Program-made: the position numbers and the translations under genes
Notes under the pieces: generated by a model
Database searches by the model: none
The model's input: only the letters and a program-made list of their open reading frames with translations
Told to the model about the DNA's origin: nothing
Part shown: piece by piece, positions 36,660 through 51,645 of the stretch
Layout: every line of letters begins with the position of its first letter
Position numbering within the stretch: the first letter of the stretch is position 1
Assembly (NCBI GenBank): GCA_951406725.2
Contig: OX597831.1
Span: 48,608,001 to 48,672,000, forward strand
Source of the DNA: Octopus vulgaris
Taxonomy: Eukaryota
DNA: 64,000 nucleotides
Reading direction: 5' to 3'

Positions 36660-37059
36660 AATCATGGTTGCATGCATTAGTGATTCACTTAGCAACCACA
36701 TGGTTTTGGGTTCAATCCTACTCTGATATCTTCAACAAAGGTCTTCTGCTATAGCCTCAGTTTGTCCAATATCTTGAGAGGGAAATTGGTTAAAGGAACT
36801 GCACAGAAACACATCAGGTGTGTGTGTGTGTGTGTGTGCATGTGTGCGTGTGTGTGTGTATCAATATGTGTACACACACAGACACAATACATGCAGGCAT
36901 GACCAGAAGCACCATCGTAGCTGCTTACCAACCACATGGTTCCTGGTTCAGTCCAGCTGCATGGCAGCTTGGGCAAGTATCTTCTACTATAGCCCCAGAG
37001 TCAACCAATGTTAGATGACAATGTTAGATGTAAAACTGAAAGAAGCCTGTTGTATGTTT

Positions 37060-37101
<42 letters not shown>

Positions 37102-37325
37102 ACGTGGATGCATGTTTGTGTTTGTGTTTGTCCTGTGCCACTGCTTAACAGCTGGTGTTGGTTTGTTTACATCCCCATAACTAAGCAGTCTGGCAAAAGA
37201 GACAAATAGAATAACTGTCAAGCTTATAAGAATAAGTAGTGGGGTTGATTTATTTGATAAAGCCTTCAAGGCAGTGCTCCAGCATGGCCATAATTCAATG
37301 ACTGAACCAAGTACAAGACAAAAGA
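36660..37325 (+). mobile_element. Two older SINE B-type copies (36660-36830, 36925-37325)
   Basis: Degenerate family B head and tail. Confidence 0.7.
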
Positions 37326-37574
37326 TATATATAACAATAACTGATCACCAAATATTTTCTTTGAAAATGACAATTCAGATGGGAATGGTTCTTGTTTTTA
37401 AAGACAAGTGAAAGCTACAGACATATTTGAATCTTATTTGACGTCCGTGGCAAAGTATAATCCGCTCACTTGCCAACACTTTGAGGTGATCAATATATGC
37501 AGAAATAAGAGGGATGCAGAGATGTTCCTCCTCCTCATCATCATCATCACCATCACCATAATCATCATCATCAT

Positions 37575-37745
37575 CATTCAACATCTGTTTTCCATGTTGG
37601 CATGGGTTGGACAGTTTGGCAGGAGCTTGCAAGGTTGGGAGCTGTACCAGGCATCAGTGTCTCTTTTGGTAGGGTTTCTAAGACTGCATTCTTTCACAAT
37701 ACCAACCACCTTATAGAGTCTGTTTGCTTTTTACATGGCACCAAC
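37575..37745 (-). mobile_element. RTE 3'-end repeat (family C)
   Basis: (CAT)n followed by TTCCATGTTGGCATGGGTTGGACAG. Confidence 0.7.
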
Positions 37746-38022
37746 ATAGGTGTATGTATATCCACAATAGGTTTGGGGGTGGATACTAGAAGAAACTGTT
37801 CTTCATACTAAATACAAATATGGTAGGAATTAAGATATGTTATAAAGTGAGTTGAAAATCTTTGCGTGATTAAATTTAGTTGATGTCATGAGAGTTATGT
37901 TCTTTGCTTGCTATTTTGAGATTATTAACTTCTTCCAGAGGGAGTTTTCATCCTTATTAATGGTATGAATAAACTCAGTTAATTAGAAATGTTTAACTTA
38001 CTATACTACATATATTGAACCC

Positions 38023-38243
38023 TATGAGTGGGCACTGTAAAGTTCCTGGCTTTTGGTAAAAGAAAATACTAGAGGATCAGTTAATTATGATTTTACTCAA
38101 CATATTCCCCTCTCAGATTCACACACTTATTGCAGCAGTCCTTCACTTTTTCTAAGCCTTGTAAAACAACATGGGGAGATTCGCCCTCCAACTAAGTCTT
38201 TTGCAATACCCTTAAAACCAGGAACTCTTCAGCACCCCTCATA
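38023..38243 (-). mobile_element. Mariner-derived MITE
   Basis: Reverse copy of 15737-15958, with TIRs and TA ends. Confidence 0.8.
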
Positions 38244-38897
38244 CTCTGTTAATATATCCAAAAATATCTATACACAGAATGCTACCCTAAGATCTCTATT
38301 CATTTGGCTTTGTTAGTTTTATACAAATTGTATTATTTTTAAAAGGAGATTGTTCAAAAATTTAACAATTACACAACACTTTGAGAATAGCTTTAGAGAA
38401 ACTTCTTGTTAGACTTTTCTATCTCCTAAATATTCACATATATACTTGAGAGATGTCACACTATATGTCTTGAGAAAATACTTACTCCTGCAACATCTTG
38501 AAAAGTGATGTTAACTTATGAGGAATATTAGATATAAACTGACAAAGATACTGCATGTTATATTACAGATTTTAACGAATTTACACACAGTAAAGGATTC
38601 TGCTAAGATAAACATGTAAAGTAAATGCTATGTGATATATGCAGGACAAAAGGTGATATCTTGTGGAGATATAAATTATTGGATCTTTCACATAAATGTG
38701 TCTATTTTTCATTTTAAATTCCACAATTCTTGTAACCTTAATACAAATTTTCAGATATAATCTTGAGTGTTTTCAGGGAGTCCACAAACACTCACACACA
38801 CTGAAACATATACACAGACACACAAACACACAAATACACACACATTCATAATTTAATGTCCTTTTTTACATGCTGGCATTGGTGGAACTCATATTAA

Positions 38898-39001
<104 letters not shown>

Positions 39002-39177
39002 TATAATATATATATGTAAGTACATATATATTATATAAATATATATAAATCTTTCTCAATATATCATACATCTGAATAAGAAACACACTCTACAATATAC
39101 AGCAGTAAAATATTGAATAACTAAAGTTTAACTCTTTACTCAAACAGTCATAAGAGAAAGAAAGTAACATTTTTCCA

Positions 39178-39922
39178 CCACCATTTGAGCGTGGCCAATG
39201 CTAGTGCTGGTGGCATGTAAAAAGCACCATTTGAGTATGGTCGATGCCAATTCCGCTTGACTGGCTCCCGTACTGGTGGCATGGTAAAAAGCACCATTTG
39301 AGCATGGTTGATGCCAGTACTGCCTGACTGATCCCCATGCCAGCGGCACATAAGAAGCACCCACCACACTCTTGGAGTGGTGGGCATTAGGAAGGACATC
39401 CAGCTGTAGAAACATTGCCAGATCAGACTTGAGCCTAGTGCAGCCCCCTGGCTTGCCAGTCCTCAGTCAAACCACCCAACCCATGCCAGCATGGAGAGCA
39501 GATGTTAAACGATAATGATGATGATGATGATGGCGATATATATATATATATGTGTAGATGTATATATTTTTATATATATGTTCTCGTAACCCATGCTGGT
39601 GGCATATAAAAGCAGCATTCGAGATTGGCCATTGCCAGTGCCACCTGATTGGCTCCTGTGCCAGTGGCATGTAAAAAGCACCATTCGTACGTGTCCATTG
39701 CTAGTGCCGCCTGACTGGCTCCCGTTCAAGTGGTACATACAAAGCACCCACTACACTCTCGGAATGGTTGGTGTTAGGAAGTGCATCCAGCTGTAGAAAC
39801 CTTACCAGATCAAATTGGAGCCTGGCACAGCCTTCTGGTTTGCCATTCCTCAGTCAAACCGTCCAACCCATGCCAGCATAGAAAGCAGACATTGAATAAC
39901 GATGACGACGATGATGATGATG
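39178..39922 (+). mobile_element. Two RTE 3'UTR copies (39178-39530, 39590-39922)
   Basis: GGCATGTAAAAAGCACCATT units and (GAT)n tails. Confidence 0.85.
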
Positions 39923-40275
39923 ATATATATGTGTATACATATATATATATATATATATACATGTGTATTTGTCTTTTGTTTTTCTGTATAAGAATGCACA
40001 TATGTTTTGATTAACTTGTTAACGAAGAATTTTGACAGTGACTTAAAAGTCTCAGCGTACTCACCTTCATTAGATTGTCTACAAAGGCAAGCAAGCTAGA
40101 ACTTTGAAGTCTCTGAGAAACTTTTCCTCATGAAAGTTAATAAATATATACTATACAAAAGCTATTGAGCTTTCCTTCAGTTTATTGTTAAATTGTTTTT
40201 AATATATAATATATAACTTGGCATATAAACACACATTAATATATACATACACATACATGTATAAAAAACATAAAC

Positions 40276-40680
<405 letters not shown>

Positions 40681-41789
40681 ATATATATATATATATATAT
40701 ACACACACACTCACATATATATACATACATATAAATGCACATATGTTTAGTTGTCTAAAAATTCGTAAGTCAGGAAAAGCAGACACATCTATATTTATCA
40801 ACAGAGTTAATACATTAATAGTTATACAATATGATATTATAGATCCATTTCAACTGAGTTTACTAACCAGTTTCACACATGTGTTAAGGGGAAAACCCAA
40901 TCCTGGTACTCATCAGCTGGGTTGGTATGAAAGTATGGTGACAGGTCTCTGCTACTGGAGATCAAGAAGTGTCATACCAAGTTTGCAGGTGTTGCAAATG
41001 TCTAGAATGAAGCAAAATCCCATGTGGGAATTTCAGAGAGAAATTCATCTCGAATTATACCCTTCATACAAGAATCAGGTTGTCTTCATGGTATAAGGGG
41101 TAGCTGCCTGTAGGGCAGAGTATAGCTTGGAAGCCAAATATATTTGATATGTATGGGTGAGAGACAGAAAATCTGAATGGGTCGGGTGCCCTATTTTTTA
41201 AATTGCATGTGAGAATGTACATGTATACAGATATGTATGTGTGTGTTGGTAAATAATAAAATGTAGTAAATTTTGGACTGAACCTTCAAACGGTGATGGT
41301 CACTGGCTCAAGAATGAAATTTGCTTAAGGAGTGCAAGCCCAGGTCCAAACTTTTTTACAAACCAGGTTTTATTGTTTTTATTTATTTATGTTTTGTTCT
41401 TTGAGAAGAAACCTAACTTCAAGCTACTTTTTATGCACTATTTTCTAAAACCTGAGAAAAGCAGGTAGGGGGCGAAATTTGTATTTTGAGCCCCACCACC
41501 ACCACCAAAAACAGAAATTTAGATGTGCTCACAAGCCCTGCACCCTTTATTCCCATGCTCATTATGGTGGTAGGAAATACTGATGGTGGAATCTCTAATG
41601 TCTATCATTACAATGCAGTTCCCTGGTATCTAAATACATATTTCTTTTTATTTGGGCAGAGTTAAAAATTGGTTCAGCAGATAAGCACTTTCCCCAAACA
41701 CATAGATTTAGAAACATATTTAATTGCCATTCCTTAATAGTTTCCTTTAGTTATGCATCTTGTATAAAACAGTCAATCTATACATCTGC

Positions 41790-41847
<58 letters not shown>

Positions 41848-41903
41848 GTCTGTCTGTCTGTCTGTCTGTCTATCAATCTATCTATCTATCTCTGTCTGTC
41901 TAC

Positions 41904-41972
<69 letters not shown>

Positions 41973-42022
41973 AATCTATCTATCTATCTGTCTGTCTGTG
42001 TATCTATCTATCTATCTGTTTA

Positions 42023-42090
<68 letters not shown>

Positions 42091-42456
42091 GAACCTCTTT
42101 AAACCACAAGAAATATTTTGAGATTTTTGTTTACATACGATGTCCTATCTGTGCTAAAGGGTTTTAATGCAAATTCTTATGATAAAACAGCAATACATTT
42201 GAAACAATTTATATGCTTAAAAGATATTTATATTTATTTAAAACAAATTTATATATGTACATAAAGCATATTTATATTCTTAGAATGTGTTCATATATTT
42301 TAAATGTGTTTTTTTATGCATGGTTAAACCATATCTATATAATTTAAATCATTATCATTTAATGTCCATTTCCAAGCTGGCATGAAACATATTTACATGT
42401 CTAAAACATATGTATCTATATCTCTAAAACATGAAAAAGTATGTAATATACAGAAG

Positions 42457-42860
42457 CACAGGTGTGAATGTGTGGTAAAAACTTTCCTTTCTAAGCACAT
42501 GGTTCTGGGTTCAGTCCCACTGCATGTCACTCTGAGCAAGTGTCTTGTATTATAGCGTCAGGCCAATCAAAGCTTTGTGAGTAGATTTGGTAGATGGAAA
42601 CTGAACGAAGCCCATCATACATTGTGTGTGTGTGTGTGTGTGTATCTTTGTGTGCATTTGTCCCCCACTACTGCCTAACAACTAGTGCTGGTGTGTTTAC
42701 ATCACAGTAACTTAGCAGTCCGGCAAAAGAGATTGATAGAATATGTACCATGTTTAAAAAAAAACTAATAAGTACTGACGTTGATTCAGTCAACTAAAAT
42801 TTCTTCAAGGCAGTGCCCCAGCATGGCTACTGTTTAATGACTGAAACAAGTAAAAGATAT
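42457..42860 (+). mobile_element. Older SINE B
   Basis: Head, microsatellite and tail are recognisable. Confidence 0.8.
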
Positions 42861-43218
42861 AAGACAGGCATGGATGTCTGATTAAGAATGTCGCTTCCAA
42901 GCCACATGCTATTATGTTCATTCTCATTGTGTGAACTGCTTGGTCTGATGTCCTTTTCTCGGGACCACTCATGTCTAGAGACTGATGTTGGGGGTAAGCA
43001 AGAGCATGCTCCCCACAGAAAATCCAGCTCCAAAAAAGCCCAATGAAAACAAAGGAGAATGGGCACAAGCCAGCCCAAAGTTTGGGGTGGGCTGCACCCT
43101 TGCCTTTCTTTGGTCGCTGTGGCATTAAGGTAGATTCAACCACCGTTGTTAACAGGAACAAAACCTGGATTTAAAGCACTGGATGATGATGATGGTGATC
43201 AGTGACTTTTGGGACACC

Positions 43219-43246
<28 letters not shown>

Positions 43247-43252
<6 letters not shown>

Positions 43253-43478
43253 TAGAAAAAAAACCACCTTTTATCAATTCAAAATGAACAATTAAATTAC
43301 ACCATCTAGAAAATTACATATAGAAAAATTAAAAATAAAATATCAATAATACACCAATGGTTAAGTAAATTGCAAAATAATAATAAAAACGTAATATTTG
43401 GTAGAATAACGACACGTGTTTCATGGCTATATTTTATCATTTTGAATTGACAAAAGATGTTTTTTTTCTAATTTTTAT
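43247..43478. repeat. AT-rich inverted-repeat element with half a hammerhead motif
   Basis: AAATTAGAAAAAAAACCACCTTTTATCAATTCAAAATGA pairs with TCATTTTGAATTGACAAAAGATG...TCTAATTT. The minus strand reads GAAACACGTGTC. Confidence 0.6.
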
Positions 43479-44075
43479 ATATATATTATATTTTGTGAAA
43501 TTTGATTTGGTATTTCTAAATTGAATTTTTCCCTGTAAGTTAGGAATAATATTCCCTCAAATAATTATTATATATATATACAAACATACATACGCTCACA
43601 CATACACATGCATATATGTGTGTGTATGTGTGCATGTGTATTTATATACTTGTATAATACTTCTTGGAAGTGTACAGCAATAATGATGCAGAAAACAAGT
43701 CACAAGATGGAAGTATTTTTTGTTTCATTATTTATCTAGAGAAATGTAAAAAGTTTGGATTTTTGCAAGGAAATAGTAAATCTCTGCTAGTTTTGTGTTT
43801 TGTGCAGCAGCATTCTACAATTTCTTTAAGTAAATCCAGACTTCATATAAATAAAGAAAATATACGGATATCTCCTGACATTTTCTCAGTTCTTATTAAT
43901 ATGTATAGATACGCACATACACACACATTCACACACATTCACACACACGTATGTATATGCTATACATATATATAACATGTATAATATAGGTGCAAGCATG
44001 ACTTTAATCATCCCAGGAATATGGACTGTGATCTCAAGAATCATGTGATTTGTGGGTTGTTGTTGTTATATGTAT

Positions 44076-44124
<49 letters not shown>

Positions 44125-44160
44125 ATGTAAGCATATATATATATATATAAATATACACAT

Positions 44161-44196
<36 letters not shown>

Positions 44197-45469
44197 ATAC
44201 ACATACACACAACTATATATATATTGTCTTCATTGAAATTGAAACTGAGAGTTTCCCTTCTGACCTAAGTTTCATGCCATTTTAATCTTTGGCATGAAAC
44301 TAGAGTTGTAAGCAAAATCCTCAATTTCAGTTTTGATTAAAAAAAAAAAAAAGAAAAGAAAAAAACCACATTCTCTCTCTCTCTCTCTTCTCTCATGCAT
44401 TTGATATAAAACAACATTTGCATACATGCACATATACATGTATGTGTATGTAATCATATAATTTTATTTCGTATTAATGTCATAACAATGTTTGAATTTC
44501 ATTTATTTTTATCCCACATTTGTTCTTTTTTTCTTTATAAGTCTGTTATGTTCCATTTGGCTTATCAGCATTCCTAAACCCATTAGTCCATTAACTCTTT
44601 GAATACTTCTCAGCTTTCTGCTCCATCCTCTACATTGTCATCTATTTGAAATATATTTGTTTATTTAGAACAATATTTACTCATTCAAATTATATTTATC
44701 AATTTGAAATATATTCAGCAATTTGAAATACATTAACCTTTTTAAAGTATATATTTGCATGTTTAAATTATAAATATCAATTTACTTGTACATGTCTATA
44801 TACACATGCTCACATGCATGTGTTCACACACGTATATGTGTGCATATATATGTATACTTTTAAGACAATTACGTCTTAAAATGTTTAAACTTGGTGTAGA
44901 GTGGTCCTAAAAATGGAATCTAATGGGTTAATAATTTGTCCATTGAAGATTAATGATCTGTTTGTAAACATACATGATATGATCAAGATATACAAATAGA
45001 AACAAAACAGAAACAATTTGTGATGGTTAAAATTCATTATTCCTCTATTGTGTTTAAACCATCACAATAATATTGGAACAATGAATTCTAAGTAAGATTC
45101 TAATGGAAATTTTGTGAGGTTATTTGACTACTAACGTGTGTGATTACATGTTTTCTAGTATCAGCCCAGGCGTGGCTGTATGATTAAGATATTGGCTTCA
45201 CAATAATATGATTTCCCTGCATGGCACCAAATTTGTCTAAATGTTTTTGATCCTAGCTTCAGTAGCAGGAATTTGTTAGGCATATCTATATGAGAGCCTG
45301 TCATATATATATATATATATGAATGGATGAATGAATTATCCTTTGTTTACCGTTAACTTGGAAAATTCAATAAACAGTTACCAGGGTAGCAAAATTCATG
45401 CAAGTAACACGGATGAAGTGACCCATTCAAAGGTAGAAACTCCAGGTTAATGTGCAGTTATTTGTGTGG

Positions 45470-45558
45470 TATAAGTAAATAAATGAAGTTGAACGAAGAT
45501 GTTATTAAAATTCTTAATTTTAATAACATCTTCGTTCAACTCCATTTATTTACTTATA
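45470..45558. repeat. Near-perfect hairpin, 43-bp arms, 3-nt loop, one mismatch
   Basis: TATAAGTAAATAAATGAAGTTGAACGAAGATGTTATTAAAATT-CTT-reverse complement. Confidence 0.95.
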
Positions 45559-45573
45559 TATATATATATATGT

Positions 45574-45880
45574 GAGGTGCAATGGCCCAGTGGTTAGGGC
45601 AGTGGACTCATGGTCGGAGGATCGCGGTTTCGATTCCCAGACCGGGCGTTGTGTGTGTTTATTGAGTGAAAACACCTAAAAGCTCCACGAGGCTCCAGCA
45701 GGGAGTGGTAGCAACCCCTGTTGTACTCTTTCACCACAACTTTCTCTCACTCTCTCTTCTTGTTTCTTGAATAATGCTGCGATGGACTGGTGTCCCGTCC
45801 AGCTGGTGGGGAACACATACGCCATAGAAACCAGGAAACCGGACCCATGAGACAGGCTAGGCTTGAAAAGGGCGAAAAAG
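45574..45880 (+). mobile_element. SINE family E variant with a different 3' half
   Basis: The head matches 40383. The 3' part reads CTGCGATGGACTGGTGTCCCGTCCAG. Confidence 0.8.
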
Positions 45881-45901
45881 AGAAAAAAATATATATATAT
45901 A

Positions 45902-46800
45902 TGTGGTCTGATCAATAAGTATCTGGAGTGTTGCCATAGACAAAGCTAAAGCATGCAGAGTGAAACCACTTGGCACAGATTGACCTTAAACTCTGCTGTT
46001 CATGTGCACTAAGTTTTAACGTTCTAGCTCACTTGCACTGTTTACAGCAGTGCTTAGAAGGAACGCGTGTAGAGTGTGATCATTACATTTATCATGACAG
46101 AGAAAGTTGAGCAGAGAATCTGCATCATATTTTGCCAAAAGCTTACCAATATCTGCTCAGAAGCATACGCAGTTTTCAAGTTTTCATCATTCTCGACACA
46201 ATCAAGGATATCTTGTGCAACTGAAACACGAGTCTCTCTTTGGTCAGCTGAAAGCAGTTTTAACACAAACTTGGCACAAACTTGGCACACATGTGTCTCA
46301 TACCCAAATCTTCAGTAATAATGGACTAAACTGAACTGTAACTAATCTTCACATCCTCTGATAATTCAGAGATGGTGATTCATTGATTTCTCCTCACAGC
46401 TGCATGCTCATCGCAAAGTTTTTCTCAGTTCTGCTGGTTGTGGGTCTCCTAGAACATTCGTCAATATCAACGTTTTTTTCAGCTATCTTCAAAACATCTG
46501 AACCATTTGTACACTTGTGAGCAGCTCATACACTCCTCTCTGTACACTTTCTGCAACTTTGCACAGGCCGCTGAGCAGGTATTGCCATGACAACATTCTC
46601 TGTTTTGGTCAATGTGATGATCAAACGCTACACACCTTCCTTCCAAGTACTGCTGCAAACAGTGGAAGTGAGCTAGACCGCTAAACCTTAATTCGCATGC
46701 ACAGCAGAATTAAGGTCAATTTTGGCTGAGAGGCCTCACTCTGCGTACTTTAGCTTCATTTCTATGGCAACAATCCAGATACTTATTGATCAGATTTCGT
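45902..46800 (-). mobile_element. Mariner derivative: 5' part of the transposase on the minus strand plus an inverted second 5' end
   Basis: TIR GGTCTGATCAATAAGTATCTGGA at both ends, with ~270-bp inverted arms. Minus strand: AKLQKVYREECMSCSQVYKWFRCF...ITISELSEDVKISYSSV*SIITEDLGMRHMCAKFV..KLLSADQRETRV. Plus strand: MTEKVEQRICIIFCQKL. Confidence 0.9.
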
Positions 46801-46801
46801 G

Positions 46802-46866
<65 letters not shown>

Positions 46867-46905
46867 ATGTATGTATGTATGCATATGTATGTATATACAG
46901 ATATA

Positions 46906-46966
<61 letters not shown>

Positions 46967-47282
46967 AAAATTAAGTTCAAAAGAGAACAATTCAAACTTT
47001 TTGAGAGGTCCAAAATGAGAGAAAGAATGATTTCTAATAAAGATTCATCATATTCATATAAAATCAACCAGAGTAAGTAATAAGAATACGAAAATAGTAG
47101 TAGAAAAATATTGTTATATGTATAAAAATACCATAAGCAATTATAGAAAAATGGAGGAGAAAAAAGATGTTGAATCAAAATTAGATTTAATACAAAACAG
47201 TATTCGATACATATGCGCATTTCAAAGGACAATACAAATATGTAAGAAAAATTATAACTATAGTAATTATAATTATATATAA

Positions 47283-47445
47283 ACTGGCACTCTCTCAGTT
47301 ACGACAAAGGTTCCACTTGATTTGATCATTGGAACAACCTGCTCATGAAATTATCATGCATGTGGCTGAGCACTCCTCAGACACATGTTCCCTTAATGTC
47401 ATTCTCAAGGAGATTTAGTATGACACCGAGTGTGACAAGGCCGGT
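47283..47445 (+). mobile_element. Repeat family G
   Basis: Reverse complement of 28058-28176, extended. Confidence 0.65.
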
Positions 47446-47958
47446 GGTGGTGGTGATATATGTGTAATACATATATATGACAAGCTTCTTTTAGTTTTTG
47501 TTAACCAAATCCACTCATAAGTCTTTAGATGACCCAGGACTATAGAAGAAGACACTCCCCCAAGGTGCTATACTGAGAACTTGAATGCCAAACCACATAC
47601 TTTACAGCTGTATTTTTAACCACACATCTATGCCTGTAACTGTGTGTGCATGCATCTGTATCTTTTACACAGTTGATGTTAGAAATATATAAATACTAAA
47701 TAAATATGCAAACTCAATATTGTTTTGTTTGGCAAACCAATATTCTAAAATAAATAGGATAGAATTAGTTGGAAGCATATGCACACACACACACTCACAC
47801 ACGCACAAACACACACACACACAAAATTAGCACACTCATGCACAAACACGTGCAAAACTTATTAATATGAGAAAATATTAATGCACATATATAATTATAT
47901 AAATATACATACATACACATATATATATATATATATATTTATATGTATGTATATATAT

Positions 47959-48012
<54 letters not shown>

Positions 48013-48635
48013 GTATGTTTGTATGTATATATATATAGATAGATAGATAGATAGATAGATATAGATATTTTGGACCTTTCAAAAAGTTTGATATATACAT
48101 ATGCATATATGTATATATACATATATATATGTGTATATATGTATATTCATATATATATATATATATTTATATGCATATATATATATGCACATCTATATGT
48201 ATGTATGTATATATATATACATATATATATTTATATATATGTATATGTATGTGTATATATATGTATATATACACATTTGTATATATGTATATATATATAT
48301 GAGAGAAAGAGCGAGAGAAAGAGGAAGATTATTGAGTTTGGAATCAGAGCCGTTGGCTGGCCACTTCCCACTTGAGTTTTGTATTCATTGGAATTGTCGG
48401 AAATCTTGCACATTTCACAAAAACTAAAGTACTTAGAGGTAGACAAATATATGTATAATGGCAAATAATCAAAGATATAGATATATATATATAGACGGAA
48501 AGAAAATAGCTGGTTCTCTGCATTTTAAATGTGTAAATTTTGGTCAACTTGAGACAAGATTGTGATGAAAGATATAATAGAAAAAAATCAAATTTGCTTC
48601 CATGCTCTTGAAGTATGATTATTTATCCCCATTGC

Positions 48636-48669
<34 letters not shown>

Positions 48670-48673
<4 letters not shown>

Positions 48674-48900
48674 TGTCATCTTTTCAATTTCCCCTTTTCT
48701 GTACTTGCATGGGTCAGACAGAATTATCCGAGACAGATTTTTCTATGCCTGGATGGTGCTTTTCCTGTTGCCAACTCTTATCTGTTTCCAAGCAAAGTAA
48801 TGTTTCCACATGGCCAGACATATTTTTGCAGATTATTGGAAATGGATGACACTGCTTGTATGACAGTGACACTCATTTACAATCACCATGCTGTGACAAG
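48670..48900 (-). mobile_element. Old RTE-tailed repeat
   Basis: Minus strand GTTGGCAACAGGAAAAGCACCATCCAGG and a (GAT)n tail. Related sequence at ~58250-58375. Confidence 0.55.
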
Positions 48901-48929
48901 ACTAGAACACACACACACATATATACACC

Positions 48930-48979
<50 letters not shown>

Positions 48980-49107
48980 CATACATATATATATCGTCAC
49001 GTCACATGACCGACCAGACCATCAGATGTTGCTACACATCGCTGGTCACAATGCGTTCGCATTATTTTAGCCTTCAAATGATGCCACCCCACTGGCTAAG
49101 CGAGCAG

Positions 49108-49155
<48 letters not shown>

Positions 49156-49962
49156 TACATATACACAATGAATTTCATTTAGCTTTTGTTTATCAAATCC
49201 ATGCTTTTATGATAGCCTAGGGTTATAATAGAAGCAATTTGCCCAAGTTGCTGCCCTCTAGGACTGAACCTAAATGCATGTTGTTGGCATGCAAACCAAT
49301 ATAGGCATAGATTAGGAAGCCTGCTTTGTAACCATGTGGCTTTAGGTTCAATCCCACTGCATGATACCTTGGCCCCATTCATTCTATAATAGCTCCAGGC
49401 CACTCAATATCATGTGAGTGAATTTGGTAGCCAATAACGGTGTAGAAGCCCATCGAATGTTGTGTGTGTGTGTGTGTGTCTTTCTGTCTGTGTTTGCTTT
49501 CCACATCACTATTTGACAATCAATGTTGGTTTGTTTACATCTCCATTACTTAGCAGTCTGGAAAAAGAACAAATGGAATTAAGTAACAGGCAGAACTTTA
49601 AGATCAGATGCCTTGTGGTACTTGTTCCTGCTCTTTGTGCTCAGAGTTCAAATCCCACCATGGTTTACTTGGGTGTTAGACTTTATCTTTCAACTAGTTT
49701 AACACCACCACCTAGTACCTTGGAGGTATTTAGTAGGGTCCAGTCTTTTGGAAGCATCGAGGCCAGGTATTGAGTTTGAGGATACCTTCTTCTCTTCCTC
49801 TCACCAAACTCAGAGGCCTCGTAAAAGGTCATGAGGACTGTTTTCCTTCCTGGCTAACAGATAAAAGACAACCCTGTTCTATACAAAATGAAACTGTCCT
49901 TAAAGGCAGGATTACTTATACAGGCACTCAATCTGCTAGAAGTAGGAACCAAACCTTGTTTA

Positions 49963-50295
49963 AGCATGGCTCAGTGGTTAGAGCATCGAGCTTATGATCG
50001 TGAGGTTGTGAGCTCGAATCCCGGACTGGGCTGCGTGTTGTGTTCTTGAGCAAGGCACTTTATTTCACGTTGCTCCAGTTCACTCAGCTGTAGAAATGAG
50101 TTGCGACGTCACGGGTGCCAAGCTATCGGCTGTTGCCTTTCCCTTGGATAACACTGGTGGCATGGAGAGGGGAGGCCGGTATGCATGGGTGACTACTGGT
50201 CTTCCATAAACAACCTTGCCCGGACTTGTGTCTAGGAGGGTAACTTTCTAGGTGCAATCCCATGGTCACTCATGACCAAAGGGGGTCTTTACCTT
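49963..50295 (+). mobile_element. SINE family F, well preserved
   Basis: A-box TGGCTCAGTGG and B-box-like GCTCGAATCCC. Matches 19310-19615. Confidence 0.88.
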
Positions 50296-51289
50296 ACTTT
50301 GTTAAAAGAGGAAAGACATATCAGATAATGCAGTCCTAGCTGTACTCCATTTTGTCAGAGCTTCTGTGTGACTATATTCATATCACTGAGGTTGATTTAT
50401 TCAACTAAAATTTTTCAAAGTGGTGCCCCTGTATGGCCATAGTCTAATGACTGAAACAAGTAAACGTTAAATGATAAAAGACATGTCCTACGCTCTAATA
50501 ATTCTACCAATTGACTTCTCTCTCCTAAAGGCATGTGAGGAGCCTGGTGACGGTGGAATTAAACGTTGCTTCAGAGATTAAGCCTCTGCATCAAACCTGA
50601 AGCAAAACAACAACACCAACATCAACGTCAACAGTAAAAACAACACCAGAACAGCACTTGATGGGCATTTTGTAGCAGCTAATCTTTGCCCACTTTTTTC
50701 CATGAACAGCATTTTGTTTATTCATTGCAATAGGGATTAAAAGGTGAGAGCAGAAATAGTTTAGAGATATGATACCTGTTTTCTTAAATCTAAAATTTCT
50801 GTTGAGATTTCGCAATATTTAGAGAAGACAGTAAATTCAAGCAAGATGGATAGTGCTATTATGTAAAATTATTAAAATCACTAGAGAATGATCAGAGAAC
50901 GTTTAAAATTATAGTTGATTGTTTTTTTTATGTTGTTTTTGTTGTTATTCTTGTTGCTTTTGTATTTATTCTAAGCCTGGCAGTTATATAAACACTCACT
51001 AGAATTAGAGTTGTATGAAGTTTTTTTTTTATTATTATTACCATTTTTTTTTTATTTGGCAGGGGTAGAATGGTATGGATGGAGATAGAAGATGGATAAA
51101 AAAAAAATGCAAATAGTAAAAAAAAAGACAGCATAAATTTGTTAAATTATTCTAATCAATGCTGATGACTCTCAGAGATAACTAATCTGGAAAATATCTG
51201 CAGATTTGTAAATTATTTGTCTTTGTTTCACTTTGTAACCAAAAGCGATACTCGTGACTTTGCTTACTTTAGTCACTATTGATGCTTTA

Positions 51290-51318
51290 CCATCATCATC
51301 ATCATCATCATCATCACC

Positions 51319-51373
<55 letters not shown>

Positions 51374-51414
51374 CCATCCTCCTCCTCCTCCTCCTCCTCC
51401 TCCTCCTCCTCCTC

Positions 51415-51449
<35 letters not shown>

Positions 51450-51645
51450 TTCTTCTTCTTCTTCTTCTTCTTCTTCTTCTTCATCACCATCATCATTATC
51501 ATCACCAGTGTCATTATTATCATCATCATCATTATCATTATTGTCATCATCATCATTGCCAGCATAATCATCATCATCATCATCATCATCATCTTGTTCA
51601 CTGTTACTTTTACTGCAACTGCTATCACTGCTGCTGGCATCATCT
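51290..51645. repeat. Compound trinucleotide tract (CAT/CCT/CTT)
   Basis: Direct observation. Confidence 0.9.

Noticed and set aside
50531-50743. Candidate 213-nt exon (pyrimidine tract-AG ... AAG|GTGAG)
   Set aside because: Stops in all three frames. It could only be non-coding or a poison exon, and there is no support without RNA data.
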